Origin: a virus
Strand: one strand, 5' to 3'
Virus record (IMG/VR): IMGVR_UViG_3300027710_000017
Location: 1 to 64,000 of that record
DNA: 64,000 nucleotides
Shown here: positions 50,938-61,133 of the stretch, piece by piece
Position numbering within the stretch: the first letter of the stretch is position 1
How the letters are laid out: each line of letters begins with the position of its first letter
The notes under the pieces: generated by a model
Told to the model about the DNA's origin: nothing
The model's input: only the letters and a program-made list of their open reading frames with translations
The model's database searches: none
Program-made: the position numbers and the translations under genes

Positions 50938-51386
50938 TATACGTCAGCCCCCTGGTTTTCTGACCTACGAATAATAATCTTATAATATTCAGCATTTCCA
51001 AAAGGACCAACGAATGGCTGGTTTGTTGCCACTTCAAAAATAGTAGACTTTCCCTTTCTTGGTCCAGCTGTTTCTGTGTATAAAGGGTTGCAGTTCTTGT
51101 CACGGATATTTGTGATAATTACATTTGTAATTGCATTCTCAGACTTCCTGCTTGATATTCTTATGTCTTCTCTGGCTCTTCCAATTAGAACATTGTCCTG
51201 AGTTATATCAACGTTTGGCTTAATTTCTTCTTTCCATGCTGTACCAGCAGTATTAAAATTACAGGCAATAGTCCTGTCTAGGATCCAACTTTTCTTAACA
51301 TTTCCTAAAGCTGTCTGCTCAACTATTGGGTAAAAAATGTCTGCTTCCATGGGAAACATGAAGTCTGTCTTGTCTCCGCATGCCAT
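50937..51386 (-). CDS. Head closure (stopper) protein
   Basis: 149-aa beta-rich ORF after the adaptor. Confidence 0.55.
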   Translation of the reverse strand: MACGDKTDFMFPMEADIFYPIVEQTALGNVKKSWILDRTIACNFNTAGTAWKEEIKPNVDITQDNVLIGRAREDIRISSRKSENAITNVIITNIRDKNCNPLYTETAGPRKGKSTIFEVATNQPFVGPFGNAEYYKIIIRRSENQGADV

Positions 51387-52264
51387 TAAAAAACTCCTAA
51401 TGACTTAATGGGCCTGTGATACTTAGAAAGTATCTTGTCCACTAAAATGTTCCCCGTTCCATCAAAAACGCCTGCATCAAATTTGATCTTAAACTGATCT
51501 GTGCTATAGTCAGAAATGTATCTCTTGTAATAGTCTAATTTTCCACAATCAATGTCTTCTACTAGAAGCTCCGTTGCTCTTACAATGTCTGATGGAATTT
51601 TTGCATAACCAAATTCAGCAATAATGGTATAGTCAAATCCTTTGGGGAAGCCCCTAAAGGAAAAATTAAGATCTAGCATGTCGGAGCCACCAGCTGGAAG
51701 GATGTTCGGGGCAGACTCATTTCTATTAATAATTTCAGTAGTGGACTCTTGGACTCCAAGCCTACTCTTATCTATCTCGTACTTAACGGTATAGATATCT
51801 GGATTCGAGGAATCAAACACCAAGATATTATTTTCATATAGCTTCAAAAGCTTTTTTACGTCATCCCAGATTGGCAAAAGATCGGCACCGAGACCGACTG
51901 TGGAATAAGACTTTTTCCTATAGTAAAACCCATCTGAGACTACAGAATCAATGATTGCTCTGGCTAGCTCTTCATTTTTTGCATACTTCTCTATCTCGGT
52001 AGCTGTCTCGCCTTTTGTGTTTGGGTCGACATACGGCCTAACGACTTCAACAATGTATTCTTCGTCGTCGATATTAATTGTGTAAGTGTTGTCATATCTT
52101 GATGGCAAGGACAGAGTTACATTTGAAGATGAGTTTGATGTTGCAGTTCCAGAAATAGTTGAGGAGTCCGCCATATCCAAAATGGTGTATTCGTAGCTAG
52201 TTCCAGTTGAACTAACAGAAATTGTGACATCTGTATTATATGGCGGAACTCTCAAAATTTGCAT
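51386..52264 (-). CDS. Head-tail adaptor
   Basis: ARAIIDS, FGYAKIPSDIVRATELL, TGNILVDKILSKY. Confidence 0.7.
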   Translation of the reverse strand: MQILRVPPYNTDVTISVSSTGTSYEYTILDMADSSTISGTATSNSSSNVTLSLPSRYDNTYTINIDDEEYIVEVVRPYVDPNTKGETATEIEKYAKNEELARAIIDSVVSDGFYYRKKSYSTVGLGADLLPIWDDVKKLLKLYENNILVFDSSNPDIYTVKYEIDKSRLGVQESTTEIINRNESAPNILPAGGSDMLDLNFSFRGFPKGFDYTIIAEFGYAKIPSDIVRATELLVEDIDCGKLDYYKRYISDYSTDQFKIKFDAGVFDGTGNILVDKILSKYHRPIKSLGVF

Positions 52265-52723
52265 TTACTTGCCAAACTCCCTTGCAACCTCTTCTGGAGT
52301 TGCTGTTCTAACATGGCTACGAGATAGCCAAGATTCAGCCTGTTCTGGTGTAACAAGATTATAGCCCTTATAAACTTTTCCGACTGAGCTCCAGGTTACA
52401 TTTTTTGTTGAATAGATTGCAACCTTTTCAACCTTTGGCTTGGTATTTACAGGCTCAGCCTTTGGCTTTCTTGCAACCTTGCCTGTTCCAATTACTCCGT
52501 TAGCAACAGAGGTAATTCCAGCAACGGTGCCATCCCCCAAAGAAGTGCTCTGCTTTTCATTGGTAATAACATTATCTGTATTTGGCTTAACTTCTACAGC
52601 CTGCTTGACTTCAACCTTTTCGGAAAGGTCTTCTTTAACTTCAGGCTTTTCTTCTAGAACTAGCTCATCTTCAGTTTCTAAAATTTCAGAAGCAAGCTCT
52701 TCGCTGTTATTTTCTTCGGACAT
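52265..52723 (-). CDS. Hypothetical protein, acidic N-terminus
   Basis: SD GAAGGAG and own TGATATAAT promoter. Confidence 0.7.
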   Translation of the reverse strand: MSEENNSEELASEILETEDELVLEEKPEVKEDLSEKVEVKQAVEVKPNTDNVITNEKQSTSLGDGTVAGITSVANGVIGTGKVARKPKAEPVNTKPKVEKVAIYSTKNVTWSSVGKVYKGYNLVTPEQAESWLSRSHVRTATPEEVAREFGK

Positions 52724-52762
52724 AGTGTCTCCTTCTATTTATTTAATTATATCAGATTAATG

Positions 52763-52795
52763 AATAAAGGGGCAGGAGCTAGATGCCCCTGCCCC
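52763..52795 (-). terminator. Rho-independent terminator after the capsid gene
   Basis: GGGGCAGGGGC-ATCTA-GCTCCTGCCCC-TTTATT. Confidence 0.8.
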
Positions 52796-52814
52796 CTCAA
52801 TTTGTTTCTATGGT

Positions 52815-53945
52815 TTAGCTGTCAGCAGCTGCGTCAGCGAACGCAATTGCGTCCTCTTCTTCCCACTGTACACCAAAGCGAATGAACACAGTGTATTCAA
52901 TTGTGTCCTTCTTTGGCTGGTACTGACGGTTAACTGTGATGTCCCTCTGGAATCCCCACACACGGTTCTGTGGGAATGTAAGGTCTACGTAACCATCTGG
53001 GTAGTAAGGAACTTCCTGAACGTCAATTCCTAGAACACGGGTAGTGCGAGCACCACCAAATGTCTGACCCTGTCCATCTAGGTAAGCCTGGGTGTTAGCC
53101 GCAGTGTTACCGTTCTTTCCAAGAGCCTCAGCAATTGCGTCAGATAGTGTTCCGTTGTTCTTTACGATACCCTGGAACGCATCGGTACCTGCATAGAACT
53201 TCAAGTTAGACTTGATTGCACGGTACTTACGTGGCAGAGCTAGAACAATCTGCTGCATAACCTCTGGAGTCCATGCATTGTCTGCTACTGTTACCAGCGC
53301 TTCGTGTGCATCTCCGTTAGTCTTTACCTTGTTGACAAAACCGTTCATGATTGAAAGGAATGGGTCTGAACCCGCTCCTGTACCATTAATGGCTAGGTCT
53401 TCGATGTCATTGGCAAAGGCATTTGTCATTAGACGGACCAAGTGATCCTCTAGTGCAGCCCCCTCAATACCATCTTCGAGAGCTTCCGCTGAGACTTCCC
53501 AGTCTAGGCGGATCTTCTTTGTTGTTAGTTCTACCTTTGAGAACTGAGCGCCAGCGTTTGTGTAGTCACCTACAGCCTGAGCTGCGGCACGAATTACACG
53601 CTCACCAACGTTAACCTTTTCAAGTTCCATGGTGTTGGCTCGCATAGTTACACGACGACCATCCTTGGCGAGTACAGTTGCATCCCATACGTAGTCAATA
53701 AAACGACGTGCCTGTTCAGGGCGTAGAATACCACTGCCTGCATCACCCGAAGGATTTACAGCGTTTGGTCCAGTAGTTAGACCATATTCAGCGTTTGGGA
53801 TGTTACCCAGTGTGTTAGCACCTGGATCTGTTACTCCACCAATACCACCAGATGCAAACGCACCCTGACCTTGGAAAGTACCAGAGGCTGTGCCACCTAG
53901 TTCACCAGTTTCTCCTGGCTGATTCTTAATAATCTCTTCCGACAT
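52815..53945 (-). CDS. Major capsid protein (HK97 fold)
   Basis: GILRPEQARRFID, ELTTKKIRLDWEVSAEALEDGIEG, FANDIEDLAING; start at 53945 behind SD AGGAGGTG. Confidence 0.9.
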   Translation of the reverse strand: MSEEIIKNQPGETGELGGTASGTFQGQGAFASGGIGGVTDPGANTLGNIPNAEYGLTTGPNAVNPSGDAGSGILRPEQARRFIDYVWDATVLAKDGRRVTMRANTMELEKVNVGERVIRAAAQAVGDYTNAGAQFSKVELTTKKIRLDWEVSAEALEDGIEGAALEDHLVRLMTNAFANDIEDLAINGTGAGSDPFLSIMNGFVNKVKTNGDAHEALVTVADNAWTPEVMQQIVLALPRKYRAIKSNLKFYAGTDAFQGIVKNNGTLSDAIAEALGKNGNTAANTQAYLDGQGQTFGGARTTRVLGIDVQEVPYYPDGYVDLTFPQNRVWGFQRDITVNRQYQPKKDTIEYTVFIRFGVQWEEEDAIAFADAAADS

Positions 53946-53970
53946 ATTGTCACCTCCTAAGTGATTTTGT

Positions 53971-55314
53971 TTATTTGAATAAATCGGCAGTTTTGAGGAA
54001 ACGTCCGCCCCATAGGGATTTCTCAACCTTTTCTGGTTGAAACTGTACGATCTCGCCTAGATCGCCAGACTTACGAAAAGCAGTATCTGCCTCAACGGCG
54101 TCAACTCGCTTTCCAAAATTGTCAAACTCTGATGCTGCCTGCGCAAGTTCACCCTTTACGGATGAAAGCTCGCCCTTGACAAGACCAAGAGATTTGTTTA
54201 GTTCCGAAACCTGTTCGTGCAAAGACTTTACAGTTTCGGCTAGATCGCTAAAGGCTGATGTTAGAGTACTCTGGATTTCAGTAACTGCATTAGCAATTAC
54301 TTCTTCCGACTTAGATACCTCATCGACTTCTGGTGCAGATTCAGACTTCATTTCGTCCTCAGACTTCATCTCGTCTTCATCCATATCAGCGGACTTGACT
54401 TCTTCTTCATCCATAGATTTCTCTTCAGATTTGGTCTCGTCGTTGTCCATAGACTTTTCTACTGCATCTTCAGTTGTGGCATCTGCCTCTGGAGCGACCT
54501 GTGCTTCTTCAACTACCTCGTCGTTTTTTACGACATCTTCAGTTGTTTCATTCATAGGATTTCCCTCCCTGTTAATCTTAGAAGTATTAATGCCTTTAGC
54601 ACTATCAACTAAGAACTTTATCATTTCTGTTTTTTCGCTGTCGTTTTTTTCAACGAAACCTATGTTCTTCATTGCAGATCCATCTATTGGACTCTCTTCA
54701 GACTCTTCAGATGAAACCTTTACGATTCCGTTCGACACGTCCCAAAAAACATTTTCAAATTCTACGTCAAGGTTCTCTCCCTTGATCATGTCTACTCCGT
54801 CTACCTTTTCAATAGAAAGGATATTAGCAAACTGGTTGGCTGGATTGTCTACAAGAGAAAGCTCTACAAGATCGTAGTCTTTGATGATTCTGATTGATTT
54901 ATCTATTGACTCATCGTATCCGTCATCCCACTTATTCATCTTGCCACCGATTGAAAATCCAGAAAGAGTTCCGTCCAAAACCTTTTCCCAAGTATTTTGT
55001 GCACCCTTAGAAATATACGCAGAAACAAAAACTCCAGAATAGAATTTTTTGGTGTCTGCATCGAAGAACTTCTCTTCTTTAAAATTAACCATTTTGCCAA
55101 CAGATAGTGGCTGGTGCATCTCACGGATATTTCCACGGAATTTCTTAAAAGCCTTTACACTAGCTTCTGTAGTAACTATGTCTGCCTGCTTGTCAACATT
55201 GTCAAGTGTGGCAAATCCTGAAACGATCCTTCGTTCCTGGTCAACCTTACTAAATGGCATAGACAGTCTTACACTGTCGCCATCCATATCCCATTGCGCT
55301 TTTGACATAGTCAT
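53971..55314 (-). CDS. Prohead protease fused to scaffolding domain
   Basis: HK97-type IREMH, LSGFSIGG, ELSLVDNPAN; acidic/coiled-coil C-terminal half. Confidence 0.88.
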   Translation of the reverse strand: MTMSKAQWDMDGDSVRLSMPFSKVDQERRIVSGFATLDNVDKQADIVTTEASVKAFKKFRGNIREMHQPLSVGKMVNFKEEKFFDADTKKFYSGVFVSAYISKGAQNTWEKVLDGTLSGFSIGGKMNKWDDGYDESIDKSIRIIKDYDLVELSLVDNPANQFANILSIEKVDGVDMIKGENLDVEFENVFWDVSNGIVKVSSEESEESPIDGSAMKNIGFVEKNDSEKTEMIKFLVDSAKGINTSKINREGNPMNETTEDVVKNDEVVEEAQVAPEADATTEDAVEKSMDNDETKSEEKSMDEEEVKSADMDEDEMKSEDEMKSESAPEVDEVSKSEEVIANAVTEIQSTLTSAFSDLAETVKSLHEQVSELNKSLGLVKGELSSVKGELAQAASEFDNFGKRVDAVEADTAFRKSGDLGEIVQFQPEKVEKSLWGGRFLKTADLFK

Positions 55315-55384
55315 TCTATTCCAATTATATCGCTTTTTTATCAAATTGTTATATTTTATAGATAAAGGACCATTATATCAGATT

Positions 55385-57013
55385 TTATTCTGAAGAGCGG
55401 CCCTCTCCTTGAGCATTTCTACCTGATATGGTAGCCGTGCTGTCGGATTGGTTATTTGTTCTCTCGGCGTCCCTCTGGCGGTTACCAGCCAAGTTTGCCC
55501 TAGAGTCTGCAGTCTGTCTGGCAGACATCTCAAAAGGATCGTCTCCGTCTGGCCTTTGAGGCAAACCAAGAACCTCTCTAGCTTCGTTCGGAACCATAAT
55601 CTGAGTCTTAACATAACGCTCTAGAATCTGAGACTGGGCTATTTCGTCTGTCAAAGTTAGCTCGTTAAACTTTAATTCTAGAACATCCGTTTTTTCTTTT
55701 ACTATTCTATTAATAAGCTTTTCGACAGTTCTTTGTAAAGGTCTTGCTACCTGCTCTTTGAATGTGCGATCTTGAGAAAGAGCAGCAGCTATGTTAGATG
55801 CATCGGATCCACCTATCTTAGATAGTGGCACCTGATGTGCAACAAGGATGTCGTCACGGTTTCTTAGTCTATAGTCATTAAAGGATGCCTCTTGAACATT
55901 GTTTTCGACTGGCTTCATCTCAAACTCTACCTTGTTTTGGTCAGTGTCACCTGGCAATGGGATGTAGAGGGTTCTGTGAGACTGCCCTTTAAGATTAGTC
56001 TGCATAAATCTAAATAGCTTGTCCTCTGCCTCAGAAGAAAGCTTGGCACCCTTTAGGGTAAAGATATATCTAGGAACAGCCTTATTGCTGAAGTAATCGA
56101 TATTGTACTGAGACGCAAGCTGGTCTCCATGCAAAGAAGAAACTGCAGACATAATGTCTGGAATTCCGTAGTATGTGTTTAATGGAGAGTACTGCTTGAA
56201 GTGGATGATCTCATTTGGTCTTGGATCTTCTGTAATTGGGTTAGCATTGGTTGCTTCAAAGTTTCTAAAGTAAACAACCTTATTTCCTATAATCTGAACA
56301 AAGCCATCCTTTAGTCTACGGACACGCATTGTAGTTGCTGGAATGTGTCCGATGTACCCGATTTCCCCACGGGTAGTTCTTCCAATTTCAAGATAGCCAT
56401 TTCCAGTAGATTCATAATCGGTGAGAACCTTCATCATAATATTTGTAAAAGCTTCTTCGTCATTAAGATTTTCTATCCAGTCACGCATCTCCATCTTTAT
56501 TCTTTCGATGCGCTTTCTTGCCTTTTCTCTTGCAGAGTCATTTTCGTTAGACTCTAACAGCATCAGAGTTCTGTCAGATACGTGAAAGTCATAGCCGAGG
56601 CCTACAGTATTCTGCACCTTTGCATCAATTGCCGCATGGTTGGCAAAAGAGGTGTCGTAAAAGTTTGCTAGCTCATATAGATTCCATGGAGGGGTAATTA
56701 CGTCAAACATGCCGTAACCATTACGATAGACAGTTCCTGGATTTATCTCTTTCGAGGTAGCTCCATTTACTCCAGAATTAATAGCTAGGGCACTGTCCAA
56801 ATAAACAGGACTAGACGTATCTAGACTTTTAGGAACCTGAGTTTCGTATGCCTTAGACATTCTATCTGTTCTACGCTTAAAGTTTTTTTCTAAGCCAGTT
56901 AACCCTTTAAGTTCATTCCAGGCTTTATCAAATGGGTCTTTCGACTTAAACTCATTCTCAACATCGCCAGTCTCTGGAAGTCCAAGATCTCTAATGTAGT
57001 GTTCTTCTGACAT
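55385..57013 (-). CDS. Portal protein
   Basis: STGNGYLEI, HIPATTMR, YYGIPD, YFSNKAVP, PNEAREVLGLP. Confidence 0.9.
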   Translation of the reverse strand: MSEEHYIRDLGLPETGDVENEFKSKDPFDKAWNELKGLTGLEKNFKRRTDRMSKAYETQVPKSLDTSSPVYLDSALAINSGVNGATSKEINPGTVYRNGYGMFDVITPPWNLYELANFYDTSFANHAAIDAKVQNTVGLGYDFHVSDRTLMLLESNENDSAREKARKRIERIKMEMRDWIENLNDEEAFTNIMMKVLTDYESTGNGYLEIGRTTRGEIGYIGHIPATTMRVRRLKDGFVQIIGNKVVYFRNFEATNANPITEDPRPNEIIHFKQYSPLNTYYGIPDIMSAVSSLHGDQLASQYNIDYFSNKAVPRYIFTLKGAKLSSEAEDKLFRFMQTNLKGQSHRTLYIPLPGDTDQNKVEFEMKPVENNVQEASFNDYRLRNRDDILVAHQVPLSKIGGSDASNIAAALSQDRTFKEQVARPLQRTVEKLINRIVKEKTDVLELKFNELTLTDEIAQSQILERYVKTQIMVPNEAREVLGLPQRPDGDDPFEMSARQTADSRANLAGNRQRDAERTNNQSDSTATISGRNAQGEGRSSE

Positions 57014-57384
57014 TACTCTTCATCTCCATAAAGCTCTAAAGTCTTCTTGGCAGCAATAACGGCACCAAGGTCATTCATGGATGGGATAAGCCCCTGCTTC
57101 ATCCTGTCCATTTGCTCAGAGTATTCCTCATCGCTGATTCTGGCAGTTCCTGGGAAAAATATTGGAGTTCCGTCTGGCTCACCGTGGTAAGTAGCAGCTT
57201 GCTTTAGTTTGGCGATCTGATTTTCGTCACCCTTATTTGCTGGAACGTTTAGAACGTTACCGTTACCGTCGGTAAACCACTTTCCATTAGACTTTTTCCA
57301 GACGTAAACGCCCCACGCATACCCAGTTGGCTCTACCAGTGTTAGCTTTGCTTTACCAAGAGCCTCTGCAAATTTATCTTCCAT
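57013..57384 (-). CDS. Hypothetical protein (probably leaderless)
   Basis: TGGTATACT 7 nt before the ATG at 57384. Confidence 0.7.
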   Translation of the reverse strand: MEDKFAEALGKAKLTLVEPTGYAWGVYVWKKSNGKWFTDGNGNVLNVPANKGDENQIAKLKQAATYHGEPDGTPIFFPGTARISDEEYSEQMDRMKQGLIPSMNDLGAVIAAKKTLELYGDEE

Positions 57385-57402
57385 AACCATAAGTATACCA
57401 CA

Positions 57403-60400
57403 TTATACTGCCTGGTATACTTGTGAACGCCAAGAAATATCCTCAGCAACCGTATATGAGTAATCTCCGAACCTAGTCTCGACCTCATCATCGATGATTA
57501 TCTTATTTGTTCCAGTATATATCTTATATATGTCGGATGGATTGACTCCATAATAGCTAGTTGTTGCAATTACTAAGACATTTTCCCATAAAAATGGGAA
57601 TTTCCAGTAATCCCACTCTAGTTCTATAGTTTCTGCTAACTTTACCTTAAACCATGGTCTCTCAATAACTGTCTGAACCTCTTGCAGGTTTGTTGATTTG
57701 TAATAAGATATGTTATTGTATGTCAATGGTGCTGTTAACCTGAGTGCACCAGCATAGTTCCCAAACTCTTGAGTATTTGAAAACCTAATGCCGATCATAG
57801 CCCATTCTTTTATAGTTAGGATAGGGTCTTTAACAAGCTTTCCATTTAAGAAAAAGGACAGGCCATTTTCTAACTTTCCCTCATCACTAATTGCGTAAAC
57901 CTTAGCACGCTTACCAGCAGAGTCTACAGCAACCATGTAAAACTTTATGTATGAGTTTTTGCTCTGTATTTCAAATATCTTGGTAGGGGCATATGGAAAG
58001 AAGTCCTGGTCAAATCTCATGGCAAGCTGCATAGCAATAACTTTATAGTTGTCAGACTTTGCTTCATTTATAGGCACCGAGATTCCCCTATTTACCAGTG
58101 GGTCATAAGATCCACGCATGGTTATACCGCTATTTCTGGTCAGGTAAAGGTAGGGGGTGCTTCCCTTATATATAGAAAATGGATTCTTTTCTTTATAGGT
58201 AAAGTAAAATCCATCTTTTCTGTATGGATAAATATCATTTCCAAACCTTGTTCCTATCGACGTTGGAGCAGTTTCAGATAGGGACATTGATGCATACTCC
58301 AAAGCTTTTATAGATATTGGATTATCTGAAATACTGTTTGATGACATTTCTATGTGAGTTACTATAGCTATGTCTTCAAAAGCTATAGACTGTGGAGGAT
58401 AAATGATCATATTGTCAACTACCTCATACCTAGTGCTTAGCCAGTCATCTCCTGGAGATATAACCCCATCCTTAGGAGCAAGCTCTGTATTTGGAAAATT
58501 ATCAGCTGACGTGTTTGCACCGTTTTCTAAAAGTTGAAAAGTTATGTAGGTTTTTACAACTGAGTTAGACGTGTCATATTTATAGGAGCTTACAGACTTA
58601 TTTTTTAAATCTTCATAATTCTCATAGCCAGTGACCAACTGATTATCTAAGGAGTCGTATCCTCTTTGAACTGGATTCGAATACTGATCCTGAAGCTCTT
58701 GGTACGTCCAGCTTCCTGCAGTTTCATCTTGCACAAACAGGGATGGTGATGGGTAATTGATATTAAACTGTATAAAGTCTAGATCAAGCTTTTCATCGCC
58801 CCTAGGATCTAGAACATTTTTTGCAAAGAATGAAAGTGGCACATAGTCTTGCCAAGAAGAGTCTGCAGCTACAAGGAGTCCAAATCCTGAAAGGTTTTCT
58901 CCAGGAGCTATCCCATAGCTAGGTGTGTGACTACTGATAACTGACTCCGAGTATCCCTTAAGTGTTCCACCATCGTATAAAAATTCAAAAATAGAGTTAT
59001 TGTACAAACCAGCATCGGCCACACTTAAATGTGGTAGAGCTCCATCGACAAAGTCATCAGTTAGTGGTAAACCATCCTGACCAAAAACAGATGATATTTT
59101 GCTTAGGTTTTTTGCTGAGCAAAAGCCAATGCTATAAATCTTGCCGCCGAACGGCTGCGAGAAGTCTTTTCTGCTTCCAACATAAACAGATGGAGATGAT
59201 AGCTTTCCAAAAAATTGAGCAGCCTTACCGCCATAGTAATCTGAAAACTTTCTTATATCTAATGCGATAGCTCCCTTTTCTCCGATTCCAGCCATAGATG
59301 GTCTAGATACGAATGCTATTAAGTTAGACTCTCCCCTTTCATTAATAACATAGCTTATTCCGCTGGCACTAAGTTTAATCTCAAAAGTTGTTTCTGATGA
59401 TCGGTCTTCAATAACTAGCAAGGTTTGTTCTGAAGATGGCAAGGACCCTTCTTTGCATACAACGTATATACCACGAATTTCTTCATTTGCAAGATTTGCA
59501 TTTTCAAAAAATAAGTGCCCGCTTGAAGAGCTCCAAGAAGAGTTAGGTCTTATTTTAATAAAATAGTCAGATTCGTTTTGGGCCTCTTCTAAGTCTAAAA
59601 GCCACTCACTTTCTGTTTTATTGTTAAATTTAGCCACTGGAGCACTGTATGATGGAAAAGAAATAGAGTTTCCATCAATCAACAGGTTGTCGTAAGCCCC
59701 CTGCCTCCACTTTCCTAAGCTAGGATAGTTGTAGTTTTTAGAATATTTGGAAAATGGATAGTCAATAAAAACAGAGCTACCGCTGTAAGCATTATTTATG
59801 TTTTCTGGGAACTCTACCCCCTGGCCATACACAAATCTTCTTTTTGCCATTTGGTTTGGAACTTTGTAGCCATAGATTGCCACACCATCTAGGTCTATTG
59901 GAGAAACGTCTTCGTAAGACCAAAACCCAACCCAATCATTGTCTAACATTACTTCTTCTGAAAGAAAGGTAGTTGATTCTGGAAAATCTAATTCTTCAAC
60001 ATTTATAGAGATCTCTCCTACCTGCTCTCCATTTATTACTAAACTTACAGATGATGCCGAATACCTTATTTGAATTAGCATTGGCCTATACCACTGTCCG
60101 ACATAATGTCTAACAATATACTTGCCAACCTTTAGCGATAGGCTTGCCCCCTTAACATACAGACCATCTAAACCACGAATATTTCCAAAAATTCTTTTTT
60201 CTTCTGTTGTATCGGAATTTATTCTTGCCCAAAACTCAAATGTGTAGTCTTTATATTGACCAGACTTATTTAAAAACCCTTGTCCTGGAACAATTAAAGA
60301 TGGGACTATACCACCACTCTGCTGAACAATAGTGCTATTGGTTGCACCGTATACCAAGGGTATTCCAGAATTTTTTGCAGAAAGCGCATTCTTTCTAATT

Positions 60401-61101
60401 AAATAATATCCATCTAATTCTTCTAGGCCATATGCTTTAGCTGGAATACCTTGTATATTGTCGGCACCAAAAATCTGCACAGGAAGCTCTACTGGAACCA
60501 CACCCAAAGAGCTGGCGGTAAACTCTTCAGACCATTGCCCCAGGGAAACTCCATTTACCAAAAATGACAGATCTTCTAATGTCCCTCCGTCGAAGAAGTT
60601 TGCCCTGATTACTATTCGAATTGATGAATTGTCTGAAGGCAATGAAAATGTTTCTGAAAGAAATATCCAGCTATCGGCAATTTGAGATGTAAAAAGCTTT
60701 AAATTTTGAACTAAGGATCCACTGACAGAATCAAAGTACTCATACCCAATCTCAAATCCAGAAATATATGGGGTTTTACTGTATAGCATAGCAGAAATAG
60801 CAAACGTTGAAAGATCTTCGTTTAAATCTGAAATATTTACCATGTCTGGGCTAACGGCAGTAACACTTAGGCTTTCAGATAGGCTTTCTGCTGCAACTTC
60901 TGTTGTAAAACTTTCTGGAAATGGCTCATCTAGTATGCTGCCAACTGTTGTGGCCACGCCATTATCAATATTCCAAAGAGTCAAGTCCCTATTTTGCTCA
61001 GAAATAAGTGATACGTAATCAGCTTTATCGTCAAGGGGCCAGAAAGCTACTGGATGCTCTGCAAAGATTTTTTCAGCATATAAACTAGAAGGAGTAGACA
61101 T
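57403..61101 (-). CDS. Large virion structural protein with LamG/concanavalin-like domains
   Basis: EHPVAFWPLDD, YTFEFW, VSLVINGEQV, LDGVAIY. Confidence 0.65.
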   Translation of the reverse strand: MSTPSSLYAEKIFAEHPVAFWPLDDKADYVSLISEQNRDLTLWNIDNGVATTVGSILDEPFPESFTTEVAAESLSESLSVTAVSPDMVNISDLNEDLSTFAISAMLYSKTPYISGFEIGYEYFDSVSGSLVQNLKLFTSQIADSWIFLSETFSLPSDNSSIRIVIRANFFDGGTLEDLSFLVNGVSLGQWSEEFTASSLGVVPVELPVQIFGADNIQGIPAKAYGLEELDGYYLIRKNALSAKNSGIPLVYGATNSTIVQQSGGIVPSLIVPGQGFLNKSGQYKDYTFEFWARINSDTTEEKRIFGNIRGLDGLYVKGASLSLKVGKYIVRHYVGQWYRPMLIQIRYSASSVSLVINGEQVGEISINVEELDFPESTTFLSEEVMLDNDWVGFWSYEDVSPIDLDGVAIYGYKVPNQMAKRRFVYGQGVEFPENINNAYSGSSVFIDYPFSKYSKNYNYPSLGKWRQGAYDNLLIDGNSISFPSYSAPVAKFNNKTESEWLLDLEEAQNESDYFIKIRPNSSWSSSSGHLFFENANLANEEIRGIYVVCKEGSLPSSEQTLLVIEDRSSETTFEIKLSASGISYVINERGESNLIAFVSRPSMAGIGEKGAIALDIRKFSDYYGGKAAQFFGKLSSPSVYVGSRKDFSQPFGGKIYSIGFCSAKNLSKISSVFGQDGLPLTDDFVDGALPHLSVADAGLYNNSIFEFLYDGGTLKGYSESVISSHTPSYGIAPGENLSGFGLLVAADSSWQDYVPLSFFAKNVLDPRGDEKLDLDFIQFNINYPSPSLFVQDETAGSWTYQELQDQYSNPVQRGYDSLDNQLVTGYENYEDLKNKSVSSYKYDTSNSVVKTYITFQLLENGANTSADNFPNTELAPKDGVISPGDDWLSTRYEVVDNMIIYPPQSIAFEDIAIVTHIEMSSNSISDNPISIKALEYASMSLSETAPTSIGTRFGNDIYPYRKDGFYFTYKEKNPFSIYKGSTPYLYLTRNSGITMRGSYDPLVNRGISVPINEAKSDNYKVIAMQLAMRFDQDFFPYAPTKIFEIQSKNSYIKFYMVAVDSAGKRAKVYAISDEGKLENGLSFFLNGKLVKDPILTIKEWAMIGIRFSNTQEFGNYAGALRLTAPLTYNNISYYKSTNLQEVQTVIERPWFKVKLAETIELEWDYWKFPFLWENVLVIATTSYYGVNPSDIYKIYTGTNKIIIDDEVETRFGDYSYTVAEDISWRSQVYQAV

Positions 61102-61133
61102 AAATCACCTTCTCTAGTTTACCACACAAAAAT

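Noticed and set aside
53946-54026. N-terminal extensions given by the ORF track (capsid 54026; also 16956, 29008, 55344, 62020, 62612)
   Set aside because: They overlap upstream genes or promoters; downstream starts fit SD or -10 spacing better
54119-54877. 252-aa plus-strand ORF and similar Ser-rich plus-strand ORFs across the window
   Set aside because: They mirror acidic or biased minus-strand genes, and have no SD or recognisable motifs
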